DNA from: Gammaproteobacteria bacterium
GTDB lineage: Bacteria > Pseudomonadota > Gammaproteobacteria > QZLD01
Direction of reading: 5' to 3'
Length of the DNA: 64,000 nucleotides
NCBI GenBank assembly: GCA_033852075.1
Contig: JAWSVC010000012.1
Span: 25,788 to 89,787, forward strand
Part shown: positions 44,409-54,991 of the stretch, one piece after another
How the letters are laid out: every line of letters begins with the position of its first letter
Numbering within the stretch: the stretch's first letter is position 1
Notes under the pieces: model-generated
Told to the model about the DNA's origin: nothing
Databases searched by the model: none
What the model saw: only the letters and a program-made list of their open reading frames with translations
Made by a program: the position numbers and the translations under genes

Positions 44409-44458
44409 TGTACTTCTCCTAAAAAAATGAGTTCTTAGTTTCTGGAAATTAATGAGGG

Positions 44459-44821
<363 letters not shown>

Positions 44822-44858
44822 TTACTAACATTGCAAAAGTTGCACTTAAAACAAATTT

Positions 44859-44875
44859 TGCATATGCCGTGCCAA
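44859..44875 (-). promoter_or_regulatory. Sigma54 promoter of glnK-amtB
   Basis: Minus strand TTGGCACGGCATATGCA, with correct GG-N10-GC spacing. Confidence 0.8.
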
Positions 44876-44969
44876 ACTCGCAAGTGTCGGTAATTAAAGA
44901 GAATAATGCTGATTTTTGTTAAAATAACAAATGTTTTTATGCTCAGTTATTGGGAGTTAACGGAAATGA

Positions 44970-44998
44970 TGCACAAAATAGTGCACTTAAATAGGGCG
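44970..44998. promoter_or_regulatory. NtrC-type enhancer site(s)
   Basis: TGCACAAAATAGTGCA overlapping TGCAC-TTAAATA-GGGCG, about 100-125 bp upstream of the sigma54 promoter. Confidence 0.65.
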
Positions 44999-45135
44999 AT
45001 TAATGTTGGATAATTTATTGTGTGATTGTCTTTAAAATTTTATGGATTTTGATATTAATCAATATTGCTTGGTGTAATTAAGAGTATGTGATTTATAGTA
45101 ATTTAAATATGTATTATTAATTAAAGAGCGAAAAC

Positions 45136-47760
45136 TCAATTGATATTAGCTTTAACTGAATTAGATAGACTTTCAAAAGAGGATTTGTAATCCTTTATAA
45201 GCTCATCAATATCATCTAATTCATTATTATTAATTGCGACATGTATTGTATTTACATCCTTAAGCAACTTAGTAGCTGCTAATGTTCCTGCCAATCCTTT
45301 TAATGAATGGATATATTTTTTGGCTTCAGTTATGTTGTTATTTTTTATATACGAATCTATGGTTTCTCCGCTATTACTATAAGTTTCAATAAAACTTAAT
45401 AATGTTTTGCATATTAGGGTAGTTCTACCACCTAGCATCTGTATTGCTTTTTCTGCATCTATTCCGTCGATTTTCGAAAGGTCTAGTTCATTATCTTTAC
45501 AAGAAACATCATTGCTGTTGGTTTGTGTTTTATTATTTTTTTCAGATAGTGAAATAGAAGGTTTATACAACCATTTTATTAATGTTTTCTTTAGTTCTTT
45601 TACATTAATAGGTTTTGAAATAAAATCGCTCATTCCAATTGCAAGATAATGTTCTTTATTTTCGGACATAGCATCCGCAGTTAGTGCTATGATTGGGATA
45701 TCGAAGTATTTTTTATTAGATCTTAATTTTTTTGTTAGTTGGTCGCCGCTCATTTTAGGCATTTGTATATCTGTCATAATACAGTCAAAATTATCAGATT
45801 CTATTTTTATCAATGCATCAGTGCCGTTTTCTGCAGTTTCAACATTAAGTCCCATATCTTTTAGTAGTTCATATGCTATTTCCCTATTAATATCATGGTC
45901 TTCAACTATTAGTACTTTTGAATCTTGTATTTCCGGTATTAAGTGTGATCGTGTGCTTTTGATTTGGTTGTTGCTAAGATTATCTTTGTTTTCAAATAAT
46001 TCAGTTGCGATAACTTCAATTAGAGTTGATTGTTTTACAGGTTTCGTTAAACATTTTCTTATGTCTAGTGCAGATGCTTTAGTGCAAATCTCTTCATCAC
46101 TATAAGCAGTCATCATAATAAGTATTAAATTATCGTAGCGCCCATCGCTTCTTAAAATTTCTATTGTTTCCATTCCATTTATTTCAGGCATTTGCCAGTC
46201 TATTAATGCAATATTGAAAGGTTGGTCATTGGTTGATGCTTTTAATAGTGTTTTTAGGGCTTCTTTACCTGATAGAACGTATTCGGCGCTAATACCGATG
46301 TTTTTTAATGATTCAGTTAGGTAGATTGCTGTTGATTCATTATCGTCAACGATCAGAGCTCTTTGGGAACCAAGTTGTGGATGGTTTAAAATTTCGTCTT
46401 CGATATTTTTGTTAAATATTTGGAGTTCAATAGCAAATGAAAAGATGCTTCCAATTCCTTTTTCACTTCTAACACCAATGTTTCCTCCTATTAATTCAAC
46501 TAAATTTTTGCATATGCTTAGGCCTAAACCTGTTCCACCATATTTTCTGGTTGTTGATTGATCCACCTGGGTAAAAGATTGAAATAGCTTATGCGTTTGT
46601 TCATGATCCATTCCAATGCCAGTGTCTTTAACTGAAAAAAACAGTTGTGCTTTATCATCAATCTGTTTTTTTAGCTCTACCTTTACGATAATTTCACCAT
46701 TATCTGTGAATTTGATCGCATTATTAGTTAGATTTATTAATATCTGCTCTATCCTTAACGGGTCACCTTTAAGATACCTTGGCACGTTAGGTTCGCAGTA
46801 AATAATCAGCTCTAATTTTTTTTCTGATGCTTTACTGGCAAATATATCTGTAATCCTTTCTAAAATTTCATTTATATCAAATCTAGTATTTTCAATGGTT
46901 AATTTCCCTGCTTCAATTTTAGAAAAATCGAGAATGTCATTAATTATTCCCAATAATGCATGTGATGAAACATTAATTTTTTTTATATAATCTTCTTGGC
47001 GTTTATCCAGTTGAGTTCTTTGCATTAATTCGGCTAACCCAATGATTGTATTCATGGGTGTTCGGATTTCATGACTCATATTGGCTAAAAATGTGCTTTT
47101 AGCGGCAGTGGCTTCTAATGCTTTTTCTTTTTCGATTTTTAATGAGGATAGTAGTTCGTCGTTGTTATGTCGTAAGTAAAGAGAATGGGTAATTACTTTA
47201 TTGTATCGCAGTACAGAGATAGACATTATTATCGTATAAAATAATAACAACAGCCCTGTAATTACATAGTTTCGTTCTGCTACTAAAATAAAATTTACTA
47301 TTATCGGGGTCATTGCCGGAATAAAAAATACAAACATTGCAGTTTTAACAACAGATAAAATTATGGCTCCACCACTCATTCCGATTACTATTAGCACTAA
47401 AAAAAGTTGGTGAAAGAATGAATTTTCATGGAAAAATAATATTCCGGCAGTTCCCCATACTGATCCTGATAAAAAAGCCCCAAAGATAAAGTTTTTTCGC
47501 CAAAATTTAGTGTCTTTATTTTTACAGTGATTATATTTTCTTAATGAGATTAACCTGAAAGTGATGACTAAAATCGAAAATGAGAACCATAAGGAAAGCT
47601 CGATGCCGGAAACTATATTATATTGAACGAATGCAAAGCAGCTTGAAACAACAATATGCGCAATTAAACCTGATGATAGATTTGAAAAGAGAATGTCATT
47701 TTTATCAGATTCAATTAATTCAAATTGATCTGTAACAGTATTGCCCATTAAAAAGTCCAA
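45136..47760 (-). CDS. Hybrid sensor kinase (multi-TM, HisKA, HATPase, 2 REC, Hpt)
   Basis: FLANMSHEIRTP, GDPLRIEQILINL, GGTGLGL, two receivers (DWQMP, DIQMP), HSLKG Hpt. Confidence 0.95.
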   Translation of the reverse strand: MDFLMGNTVTDQFELIESDKNDILFSNLSSGLIAHIVVSSCFAFVQYNIVSGIELSLWFSFSILVITFRLISLRKYNHCKNKDTKFWRKNFIFGAFLSGSVWGTAGILFFHENSFFHQLFLVLIVIGMSGGAIILSVVKTAMFVFFIPAMTPIIVNFILVAERNYVITGLLLLFYTIIMSISVLRYNKVITHSLYLRHNNDELLSSLKIEKEKALEATAAKSTFLANMSHEIRTPMNTIIGLAELMQRTQLDKRQEDYIKKINVSSHALLGIINDILDFSKIEAGKLTIENTRFDINEILERITDIFASKASEKKLELIIYCEPNVPRYLKGDPLRIEQILINLTNNAIKFTDNGEIIVKVELKKQIDDKAQLFFSVKDTGIGMDHEQTHKLFQSFTQVDQSTTRKYGGTGLGLSICKNLVELIGGNIGVRSEKGIGSIFSFAIELQIFNKNIEDEILNHPQLGSQRALIVDDNESTAIYLTESLKNIGISAEYVLSGKEALKTLLKASTNDQPFNIALIDWQMPEINGMETIEILRSDGRYDNLILIMMTAYSDEEICTKASALDIRKCLTKPVKQSTLIEVIATELFENKDNLSNNQIKSTRSHLIPEIQDSKVLIVEDHDINREIAYELLKDMGLNVETAENGTDALIKIESDNFDCIMTDIQMPKMSGDQLTKKLRSNKKYFDIPIIALTADAMSENKEHYLAIGMSDFISKPINVKELKKTLIKWLYKPSISLSEKNNKTQTNSNDVSCKDNELDLSKIDGIDAEKAIQMLGGRTTLICKTLLSFIETYSNSGETIDSYIKNNNITEAKKYIHSLKGLAGTLAATKLLKDVNTIHVAINNNELDDIDELIKDYKSSFESLSNSVKANIN

Positions 47761-47892
47761 TTTTTTTAATTCCCAATATTTAACTTTAGTTTGAATTTAA
47801 TGGTTTTGTTGGGAATTTGAAAATTGGTCTTAAAATTTATTTATTATGTGATTTATAAGTCATTTTAGCCACGCCCTCCTTGCGCTGAAAAA

Positions 47893-47939
47893 TGTTATGT
47901 TGTAACAAATCAAATAACATGTTATGTTATAATGTAACA
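47893..47939. promoter_or_regulatory. Two TGTTA-N5-TAACA palindromes upstream of thioredoxin
   Basis: TGTTATGTTGTAACA (47893-47907) and TGTTATAATGTAACA (47925-47939). Confidence 0.5.
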
Positions 47940-47956
47940 ATATAAAGGAGGTCAAC

Positions 47957-48307
47957 ATGGCTATAACATATTTGAATAAAGGCAATCATAAAGAAATCAT
48001 CGAAAATAACCATATTGTGATAATAGATTTTTGGGCACCATGGTGTGGTCCGTGTCAAATGTTCGGCCCGATATTTGAAAAAGTATCTGATAATCATGCA
48101 GATGTTGTTTTTGCAAAGTGTGATACTCAAGAAGAACAGGAGCTTGCCGGAGCATTTAGAATCCGTTCTATACCTACTATTATGGTATTTAAGCAAGAAA
48201 CATTAGTATTTAATCAGTCTGGTATGCTAACTGAACCGGCCTTGAATGAACTAATTGAAAAGGTTAAGGAATTAGATATGGCAGAGCTTGAAAAACAGGG
48301 TGGCTAA
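47957..48307 (+). CDS. Thioredoxin
   Basis: FWAPWCGPC; RBS AAAGGAGG. Confidence 0.95.
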   Translation: MAITYLNKGNHKEIIENNHIVIIDFWAPWCGPCQMFGPIFEKVSDNHADVVFAKCDTQEEQELAGAFRIRSIPTIMVFKQETLVFNQSGMLTEPALNELIEKVKELDMAELEKQGG

Positions 48308-48383
48308 TCCGGCAAAGCGCTACTATCATTAAAAGATGTGGCGCTTAAATTAGAGCTGGACACTCAATACGCTCGGGGGCTTT

Positions 48384-51095
48384 ATGAGAAAAGGGATTAT
48401 AAGATTTTCATTAAAACATCCAGAGATAGTATTTGCGGTTGTTTTTGCAATATCACTGTTTCTGGTTTGGCAGATACCAAAGATTAAGGTTGATACTGAT
48501 CCGGAAAATATGCTTTCTGAACAACAGGAAGATAGGGTTCTACATAATCAAATCAAAAAACGCTTTAATCTAAGTGATTCTATCGTTGTTGGGTTGGTTA
48601 ATGAGGATAAAAATGGAGTTTTTAATCCTACATCTTTAAAGCTTATTTCTGAGTTAACATCTAAAATTCTCGCGATAAAAGGCGTAGTCGCGCCTGATCT
48701 GATGTCAGTAAGTACCGTTGATAATATAACTCAGGAAGGTGAGGGTACTATCCGTTTTCAATGGATGATGCAAACACCGCCGAAAGATATCGAGCAATCT
48801 CAACAGATTCGCAAAGCCATTTTAAATCTTCCCTTATTAAAAAACACCTTGGTTTCTGAAGATGGAAAGGCAACTGCAATCTATGTCCCTATTACTGATA
48901 AACACGAAAGTCATCGGATAGCGACAGAGATTAAACAGATAATCTCAGATTTAAGCCCAGGTGTGAACGATAAGTTATATATAACGGGTCTTCCTGTGGC
49001 GGAAGATACATTTGGGGTGGAGATGTTTTCTCAGATGTCTCTTTCAGCTCCTTTAGCAGGAGCGGTTATCTTTTTATTAATGTGGTGGTTTTTCCGCAGC
49101 GTAACCTTAATTTCTGCACCTATGGTTATGGCAGTGGTTACAGTTGTATGTACTATGGGAGCTTTGATAGGTATGGGATTTACCGTGCATATTATGAGCT
49201 CGATGATTCCGATATTTTTAATGCCGATAGCTGTGCTTGATTCTGTGCATATTCTTTCTGAATTTGCAGATAGATATAAAATTGGAGATGACCCTGCCGA
49301 GGTGGTTGATGAAGTTATGAGTCATCTGTTTACCCCGATGTTATATACATCGCTTACCTCAGCAGTCGGTTTTGCCTCTCTTGCTTTTACTCCAATCCCA
49401 CCGGTTAAGGTATTTGGTGCATTCGTTGCTGGCGGTATAGTTTCGGCATTTTTATTAACAATAACCTTTATTCCTGCTTTTATAGTCAGTCTTTCAGAAA
49501 AACGGTTAAAGGTTCTCGCCGATGCAGCTAAAAAGGCAGAGGATTCAAAGGCAGGGATGGCAAAAATATTGCCAAAACTTGGTCTAACAGCCACTTCTTA
49601 TCCGAAGATAATCATAAGTATTGTGGTAATTATTTGTGTTATTAGCGCATATGGCATTACCAGAATCAAGATAAATGATAATCCCGTACGCTGGTTTAAG
49701 GAACATCATGAGATTCGTGTGGCCGACAAGGTTTTAAATAAGCATTTTGCTGGAACCTATGATGCATTTCTGGTGCTAACCAATACTTCGCAAGATGATT
49801 TATATAGATCATTTAATCAAAATGTCGATCAGATAATTAAAAATGCACTACCTACTATAGATCTTCAGGGGAATTGGAAGCAGTTAAAGGAATCGGTAAG
49901 TAACAGACCGGTTTTAGAACAGCTGGAAACCATTTCTGCCGAAATAGATGACATAATTTTCGAGTCGGAACCTGATGTGGAAAGGGTATGGCAACAAGTG
50001 CTGAATAAGCTTGAAGTAACATATAAAAAGGTAAAATATTTTCAGTCTCCTAAGGCTATTAAGTTGGTTGAAGACCTGCAGGAAACATTGTTGGAAAGTG
50101 GTTATGTTGGTAAAACAAACTCTTTTGCTGACTTGGTAAAAACCGTATATAGAGAGTTAAAAGGTGGAAAGCCCATTAATTATCTGGTTCCGGATAGTTC
50201 AGCAGCTGTTGCGCAAACAGTGCTTAGTTTTCAGTCATCGCACAGGCCAAATGATTTATGGCATATGATTACTCCAGATTATAGTTCAGCAGCAATATGG
50301 ATCCAGCTTAAAAGCGGTGACAATATTGATATGGAGGCGGTAGAGAAGGTTGTTGATGAGTATGTAAAAGCAAATCCGTTACCAGATGACCTAAAACTAG
50401 AGTGGGGTGGTCTAACCTATATAAATGTTGTCTGGCAAGGTGAAATGGTAGAGGGGATGATCTCAAGTCTTTTAGGGTCATTCGTAATCGTTTTTGTGAT
50501 GATGATTGTTTTGTTCCGTTCTATTAAGTGCGGATTGCTGGCGATGATTCCGCTAAGTGTAACTATTGCCTTTATATATGGCATTATTGGCCTTGTTGGT
50601 AAGAATTATGATATGCCGGTTGCTGTATTGTCATCTCTAACACTGGGATTGTCTGTAGATTTTGCCATTCACTTTATTCAGCGGATGCGGGATATAAATA
50701 AGGAAACAAATGATTGGCACCAAACCATAAAGGATTTATTTGCCGAGCCTGCTCGGGCTATTAGTAGAAACGCTATTGTAATTGCTATTGGATTTACTCC
50801 ATTGTTGGCCGCTCCACTAGTTCCATATATGACGGTAGGTTTTTTTCTGGCAGCAATTATGGCTGTTTCTGCAGTTGTGACGCTTTTTATTCTGCCGGCT
50901 ATTGTTGTTGTCGGTAATAGAATGACTAAGATAAAGGCGGAAAATCCTTTAGCTGTTGATGTAGTAAAAGAAGTTTTTGTACCGGAAGAAACCTCTGTAC
51001 CAGAAGAAATTGTTTCACCAGAAAAAACAGGGGGTGGATCAGAACAAGAACAATTTGAAGAAATTTCATCGGAACAAGATAGGAAGGATGTTTGA
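48384..51095 (+). CDS. MMPL/RND-superfamily exporter
   Basis: Two TM bundles; PIAVLDSVHILS, TSLTSAVGF, GLSVDFAIHF; large periplasmic loops. Confidence 0.9.
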   Translation: MRKGIIRFSLKHPEIVFAVVFAISLFLVWQIPKIKVDTDPENMLSEQQEDRVLHNQIKKRFNLSDSIVVGLVNEDKNGVFNPTSLKLISELTSKILAIKGVVAPDLMSVSTVDNITQEGEGTIRFQWMMQTPPKDIEQSQQIRKAILNLPLLKNTLVSEDGKATAIYVPITDKHESHRIATEIKQIISDLSPGVNDKLYITGLPVAEDTFGVEMFSQMSLSAPLAGAVIFLLMWWFFRSVTLISAPMVMAVVTVVCTMGALIGMGFTVHIMSSMIPIFLMPIAVLDSVHILSEFADRYKIGDDPAEVVDEVMSHLFTPMLYTSLTSAVGFASLAFTPIPPVKVFGAFVAGGIVSAFLLTITFIPAFIVSLSEKRLKVLADAAKKAEDSKAGMAKILPKLGLTATSYPKIIISIVVIICVISAYGITRIKINDNPVRWFKEHHEIRVADKVLNKHFAGTYDAFLVLTNTSQDDLYRSFNQNVDQIIKNALPTIDLQGNWKQLKESVSNRPVLEQLETISAEIDDIIFESEPDVERVWQQVLNKLEVTYKKVKYFQSPKAIKLVEDLQETLLESGYVGKTNSFADLVKTVYRELKGGKPINYLVPDSSAAVAQTVLSFQSSHRPNDLWHMITPDYSSAAIWIQLKSGDNIDMEAVEKVVDEYVKANPLPDDLKLEWGGLTYINVVWQGEMVEGMISSLLGSFVIVFVMMIVLFRSIKCGLLAMIPLSVTIAFIYGIIGLVGKNYDMPVAVLSSLTLGLSVDFAIHFIQRMRDINKETNDWHQTIKDLFAEPARAISRNAIVIAIGFTPLLAAPLVPYMTVGFFLAAIMAVSAVVTLFILPAIVVVGNRMTKIKAENPLAVDVVKEVFVPEETSVPEEIVSPEKTGGGSEQEQFEEISSEQDRKDV

Positions 51096-51096
51096 T

Positions 51097-51885
51097 ATGA
51101 AAAATATATTTTTAGCTTTAATTCTGTTAGCACAATTTGGTCATGCTCAGGCAGAGGATTTTACCGATGTTAATTTTATAGTGCGTTTTGCTAATCTGGC
51201 CTCTTATTATGCTGGTGACGATGGTCAATCAAAAGTACGTATGACCATTGTTGATCAAAATGGTAATAAACAGCGCCGTCAGTTTTCCATGGTTAGAAAA
51301 GATGTGACTGAAGGAGGTGATCAAAACTTTTTAATTAAGTTTTCCAAACCAGCGGATGTAAGGGATACCGTATTTATGGTTTCTAAACATATCGGTAGAG
51401 ATGATGATAGATGGTTATATTTACCAAGTATCGATTTAGTTAAGCGTATAGCAGCAGGTGATAAACGCACTAGTTTTATTGGATCACATTTCTTTTATGA
51501 GGATGTATCAGGTAGAGGATTGGATGAAGACGATCATAAACTTATCGAAACCACAGATAAGGAATACATAGTAGAGAATACTCCTAAACAACCAGAAAGT
51601 GTTGAATTTCAATCTTATAAACTATGGATAGACAAGGTCTCATTTATTCCAAATAAGATTGAGTATTACAACAAGGTTGGCAAGCTATATCGAAAAGTTG
51701 AAACTGTTGAAATAGAGAATATTCAGGGTTTTCAGACTGTGGTTAGATCTAAAATTACAGACATTCAGACAGGTGGATATACACTGATGGAATTTAAAGG
51801 TGTTGAATATAATGTTGGTATTCCTGCGGATATCTTTACTGAACGGTCATTGCGTAATCCTCCAAGGAAGTGGTTAGGGAAGTAG
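51097..51885 (+). CDS. Outer-membrane lipoprotein-sorting (LolA-like) protein
   Basis: Signal peptide MKNIFLALILLAQFGHAQA; DDDRWLYLP..VKRIA..DKRTSFIGSHFFYED. True start is 51097, not 50977. Confidence 0.85.
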   Translation: MKNIFLALILLAQFGHAQAEDFTDVNFIVRFANLASYYAGDDGQSKVRMTIVDQNGNKQRRQFSMVRKDVTEGGDQNFLIKFSKPADVRDTVFMVSKHIGRDDDRWLYLPSIDLVKRIAAGDKRTSFIGSHFFYEDVSGRGLDEDDHKLIETTDKEYIVENTPKQPESVEFQSYKLWIDKVSFIPNKIEYYNKVGKLYRKVETVEIENIQGFQTVVRSKITDIQTGGYTLMEFKGVEYNVGIPADIFTERSLRNPPRKWLGK

Positions 51886-51894
51886 GATGTTATT

Positions 51895-53184
51895 GTGCAA
51901 GTACTTAAATATATAACATCTTTGTTTATTGCCTTAACTTTATGTTTTTCACTTCCTGTCATTGCAGATGACTGGGATGATGATTGGGGTGATGAAGAAG
52001 AGCAGCAGGGGGGGGAGTTGCATGGTTTTGTTTCTATTGGATTAGGTGCATACACCGATAATAATGTTGCGCAAACTAATGACGATCTTTCACAGGCAGA
52101 TCTGATTTCACGGTTGGAGCTTAGTCATCTTTGGAAAAATATTGACTTGAACTTAAAGGTTGATGCTCATGCTGATGGAGTGGTTGATGATTATCAGCTA
52201 AATTTTAGAGAAGCTACCGCAAAATATTCTTGGGATAGTATTGATTTAACCGTTGGGCGCCAGGTATTAACATGGGGAACTGGAGATTTATTGTTTATTA
52301 ATGACTTATTTCCAAAAGATTATCAATCATTTTTTGCAGGTAGAGATCTTGAATATTTAAAAGCTCCGTCAGATGCTGTAAAGCTTGGGTATTTTGGAAA
52401 TATTTTTAATATCGATATGATTTGGATGCCAGAATTTGAATCAGATGTATTTCTTACCGGGGAACGTTTTTCCTATTTTTCACCTCAGGCAGGGCAAATA
52501 GTTGCAGCCCCACCTGAGATATCACCAGTACAGCCAAGCGAAAAATTATCCAATAGCGAGTTAGCGATTAGAATATATGATCGTTATAAAGGAATAGAGT
52601 GGGCGCTTTATGGGTATCGTGGGTTTTGGGGGCAACCCACAGCAATGGATAACAGTGGAAATCCAACATTTGCGAGATTAAATGCTTATGGAGCAAGCTT
52701 AAGGTCAACGTTATTGGGTGGAATTGGAAATGCTGAAATAAGTTATTACCAGTCAAGTCAGGATAAATCCGGTACAAATCCATTAATACCAAATGATCAA
52801 ATGCGATTACTTATTGGTTATGAGAGAGAATTAATACCCAAACTAACCCTCGGTCTTCAATATTATATTGAGCATATTCTAGATCATGATGAACTTTTGA
52901 ATAATTCATATTTTCCTCAGTATGAGCAGGACAAAAGTCGGCATTTAATAACAACTAGATTAAATTACCGTATGCAGCGAGACCAGCTGCAATTGTCATT
53001 ATTTGTATTTTATTCACCGACGGATCAAGATGGATATTTGCGTCCCGCAATATCTTATCGGATTGATGATAATTGGAGTATTGATGCAGGTGCTAATATC
53101 TTTTCGGGAAAAGAGAAAAATACATTTTGGGGGCAGTTTGATAAAAATGACAATATTTATGCACGAATAAGGTTTGGCTTTTAA
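51895..53184 (+). CDS. Predicted outer-membrane beta-barrel protein
   Basis: Signal peptide, GRQVLTWGTGDL, amphipathic strands, C-terminal YARIRFGF. Confidence 0.75.
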   Translation: MQVLKYITSLFIALTLCFSLPVIADDWDDDWGDEEEQQGGELHGFVSIGLGAYTDNNVAQTNDDLSQADLISRLELSHLWKNIDLNLKVDAHADGVVDDYQLNFREATAKYSWDSIDLTVGRQVLTWGTGDLLFINDLFPKDYQSFFAGRDLEYLKAPSDAVKLGYFGNIFNIDMIWMPEFESDVFLTGERFSYFSPQAGQIVAAPPEISPVQPSEKLSNSELAIRIYDRYKGIEWALYGYRGFWGQPTAMDNSGNPTFARLNAYGASLRSTLLGGIGNAEISYYQSSQDKSGTNPLIPNDQMRLLIGYERELIPKLTLGLQYYIEHILDHDELLNNSYFPQYEQDKSRHLITTRLNYRMQRDQLQLSLFVFYSPTDQDGYLRPAISYRIDDNWSIDAGANIFSGKEKNTFWGQFDKNDNIYARIRFGF

Positions 53185-53395
53185 TATTCCAAAAAATCAA
53201 TCATTCTAATTAATACAATCAATTATACTTTTGTTGAATAGCAACGTAGGATTATAACTATAGATTGAATAGGTAATTTTTTATTAATCGTACAAATATG
53301 TCACAGCATATATAGATTGAGTATTAATTGTTTGATTGATGTGTTTATATGACACTTAATTGCGAAATGAATAGCAATATGAATTGGAGTAAGAA

Positions 53396-53908
53396 ATGCT
53401 AAGTGAAAAAATGGTAACAAAACTAAATGATCAGATTGGTATAGAGTTTTTTTCATCAAATATATATCTGCAGATGTCAGCATGGGCAGACAGTCAAGGT
53501 CTTGAGAATTGTGCAGCATTTTTTAGAGAGCATGCAACAGAAGAAATGATGCATATGCAGAAGATGTTTGACTATATGTGTGAAAAAGGAGCAATGCCTG
53601 TTTTAGGTCAAATTGACAAACCAAAAGCAGACTATGTATCTATTCATGAAGTTTTTGAACAAGCATATGAACATGAAAAGTTTGTTACAGGAACTATTAA
53701 TGACCTTGTTAGTGTGTCGTATGAAGAGAAAGACTGGGCAACATTTAATTATTTACAGTGGTTTGTTGCAGAGCAGGTAGAGGAAGAAGCTTTATTTAGC
53801 AAGGTTCTAGATAAAATCAAACTTATTGGAACTGGTGGCGAATCTTTATACTTTCTTGATCAAGAAATTGGAACATTTGTTGGTGGAGAATCTAAGTCAG
53901 GAACATAA
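53396..53908 (+). CDS. ftnA: Non-heme ferritin
   Basis: EFFSSNIYLQMSAW, EEMMH, HEKFVT, LQWFVAEQVEEE. Confidence 0.95.
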   Translation: MLSEKMVTKLNDQIGIEFFSSNIYLQMSAWADSQGLENCAAFFREHATEEMMHMQKMFDYMCEKGAMPVLGQIDKPKADYVSIHEVFEQAYEHEKFVTGTINDLVSVSYEEKDWATFNYLQWFVAEQVEEEALFSKVLDKIKLIGTGGESLYFLDQEIGTFVGGESKSGT

Positions 53909-53997
53909 GTTTTAGTAAAGTAATAACTTACATTAAAGGTTGCGGATTGTTGTGTATTTTCTATTCGTATAATTACAATTAATTAATGAGGATAATA

Positions 53998-54459
53998 ATG
54001 ACTCTTAATATTAATGATATAGCACCAAAATTTATATTAAATAATCAGGATGATTCTCAAGTTAATCTTGAACAATATAAGGGACAAAAGGTATTGCTAT
54101 ATTTTTATCCTAAAGCGGATACTCCTGGATGTACCAAGCAGACATGCCTTTTAAATGATAATCTTGGACAACTAAATCAGCTTAATGTGGTGGTTCTTGG
54201 GATTAGCCCTGACAAGGTCGAGAAACAGAAAAAATTTGCTGATAAATATGGAATTAATTTTTCATTGCTAAGTGATGAAGGTCATAATGTGGCTGAGTTA
54301 TATTCGGTTTGGGGTGAAAAAAAGATGTACGGTAGGTCATATATGGGGATAATACGCTCTGCGTTCCTTATAAATGAAGAAGGAAAAATTAGTGAAACCT
54401 GGTATAAGGTTTCGCCAAAAGATACCGTGACGAAAGCATTAAAAAAGCTTGAATCATAA
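53998..54459 (+). CDS. bcp: Thioredoxin-dependent thiol peroxidase (Bcp/PrxQ)
   Basis: YFYPKADTPGCTKQTC, GISPD, WGEKKMYG..GIIRS. Confidence 0.95.
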   Translation: MTLNINDIAPKFILNNQDDSQVNLEQYKGQKVLLYFYPKADTPGCTKQTCLLNDNLGQLNQLNVVVLGISPDKVEKQKKFADKYGINFSLLSDEGHNVAELYSVWGEKKMYGRSYMGIIRSAFLINEEGKISETWYKVSPKDTVTKALKKLES

Positions 54460-54622
54460 TGATGTAACACTGATTAGAATTATTTTGATATAGTGCGAAT
54501 GTTTTAGAAGAAAGAGTTCTATAAAAAATTAGATTTCTAGTCTAGATTTAAAGAAGTATATCTGGTTGTAATTTTTGCTTTATTACAACCAGACAAGCCA
54601 AATTATTTAAGGAGAATTAATA

Positions 54623-54946
54623 ATGGCAGTTGTAAATATCACATCACAGGCATATGAAGAAGCTATTCAAAAATATGAAATCGTAATCATTGATTTTTGG
54701 GCAACATGGTGTGGTCCATGTAAAGCATTTGGCCCTGCATTTGAAGCTGTTGCAGAAAAGGTAACTGCTGAAAACTCAAATATTCTTTTCGCTAAATGTG
54801 ATACCGAACAAGAAAGTGAACTTGCCGCAAAGTTTCGTATTAGATCCATTCCAACAGTTGTTGTGATTAAGAATGGCGAAATTGCGGAAGTTAAGATGGG
54901 CGCAATGTCTCAGTCACAATTCGAGCAGTTTGTAGCTGGAATTTAA
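54623..54946 (+). CDS. Thioredoxin (second paralogue)
   Basis: FWATWCGPCK; preceded by hairpin TCTGGTTGTAAT..ATTACAACCAGA (54561-54593) and RBS AAGGAG. Confidence 0.95.
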   Translation: MAVVNITSQAYEEAIQKYEIVIIDFWATWCGPCKAFGPAFEAVAEKVTAENSNILFAKCDTEQESELAAKFRIRSIPTVVVIKNGEIAEVKMGAMSQSQFEQFVAGI

Positions 54947-54991
54947 TTTTTTAAAGCGCCTGTGTTTTTAATGCAAGGATTAGCATAAGTA

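Noticed and set aside
50977-51096. 119-nt overlap of the MMPL and LolA-like genes suggesting a frameshift or fusion
   Set aside because: A signal peptide and RBS (AGGAAGGA) support a start at 51097, right after the MMPL stop.
53238-53274. OxyR-like ATAG-N7 periodicity upstream of ferritin
   Set aside because: Only two of four tetramers match; not distinguishable from AT-rich background.
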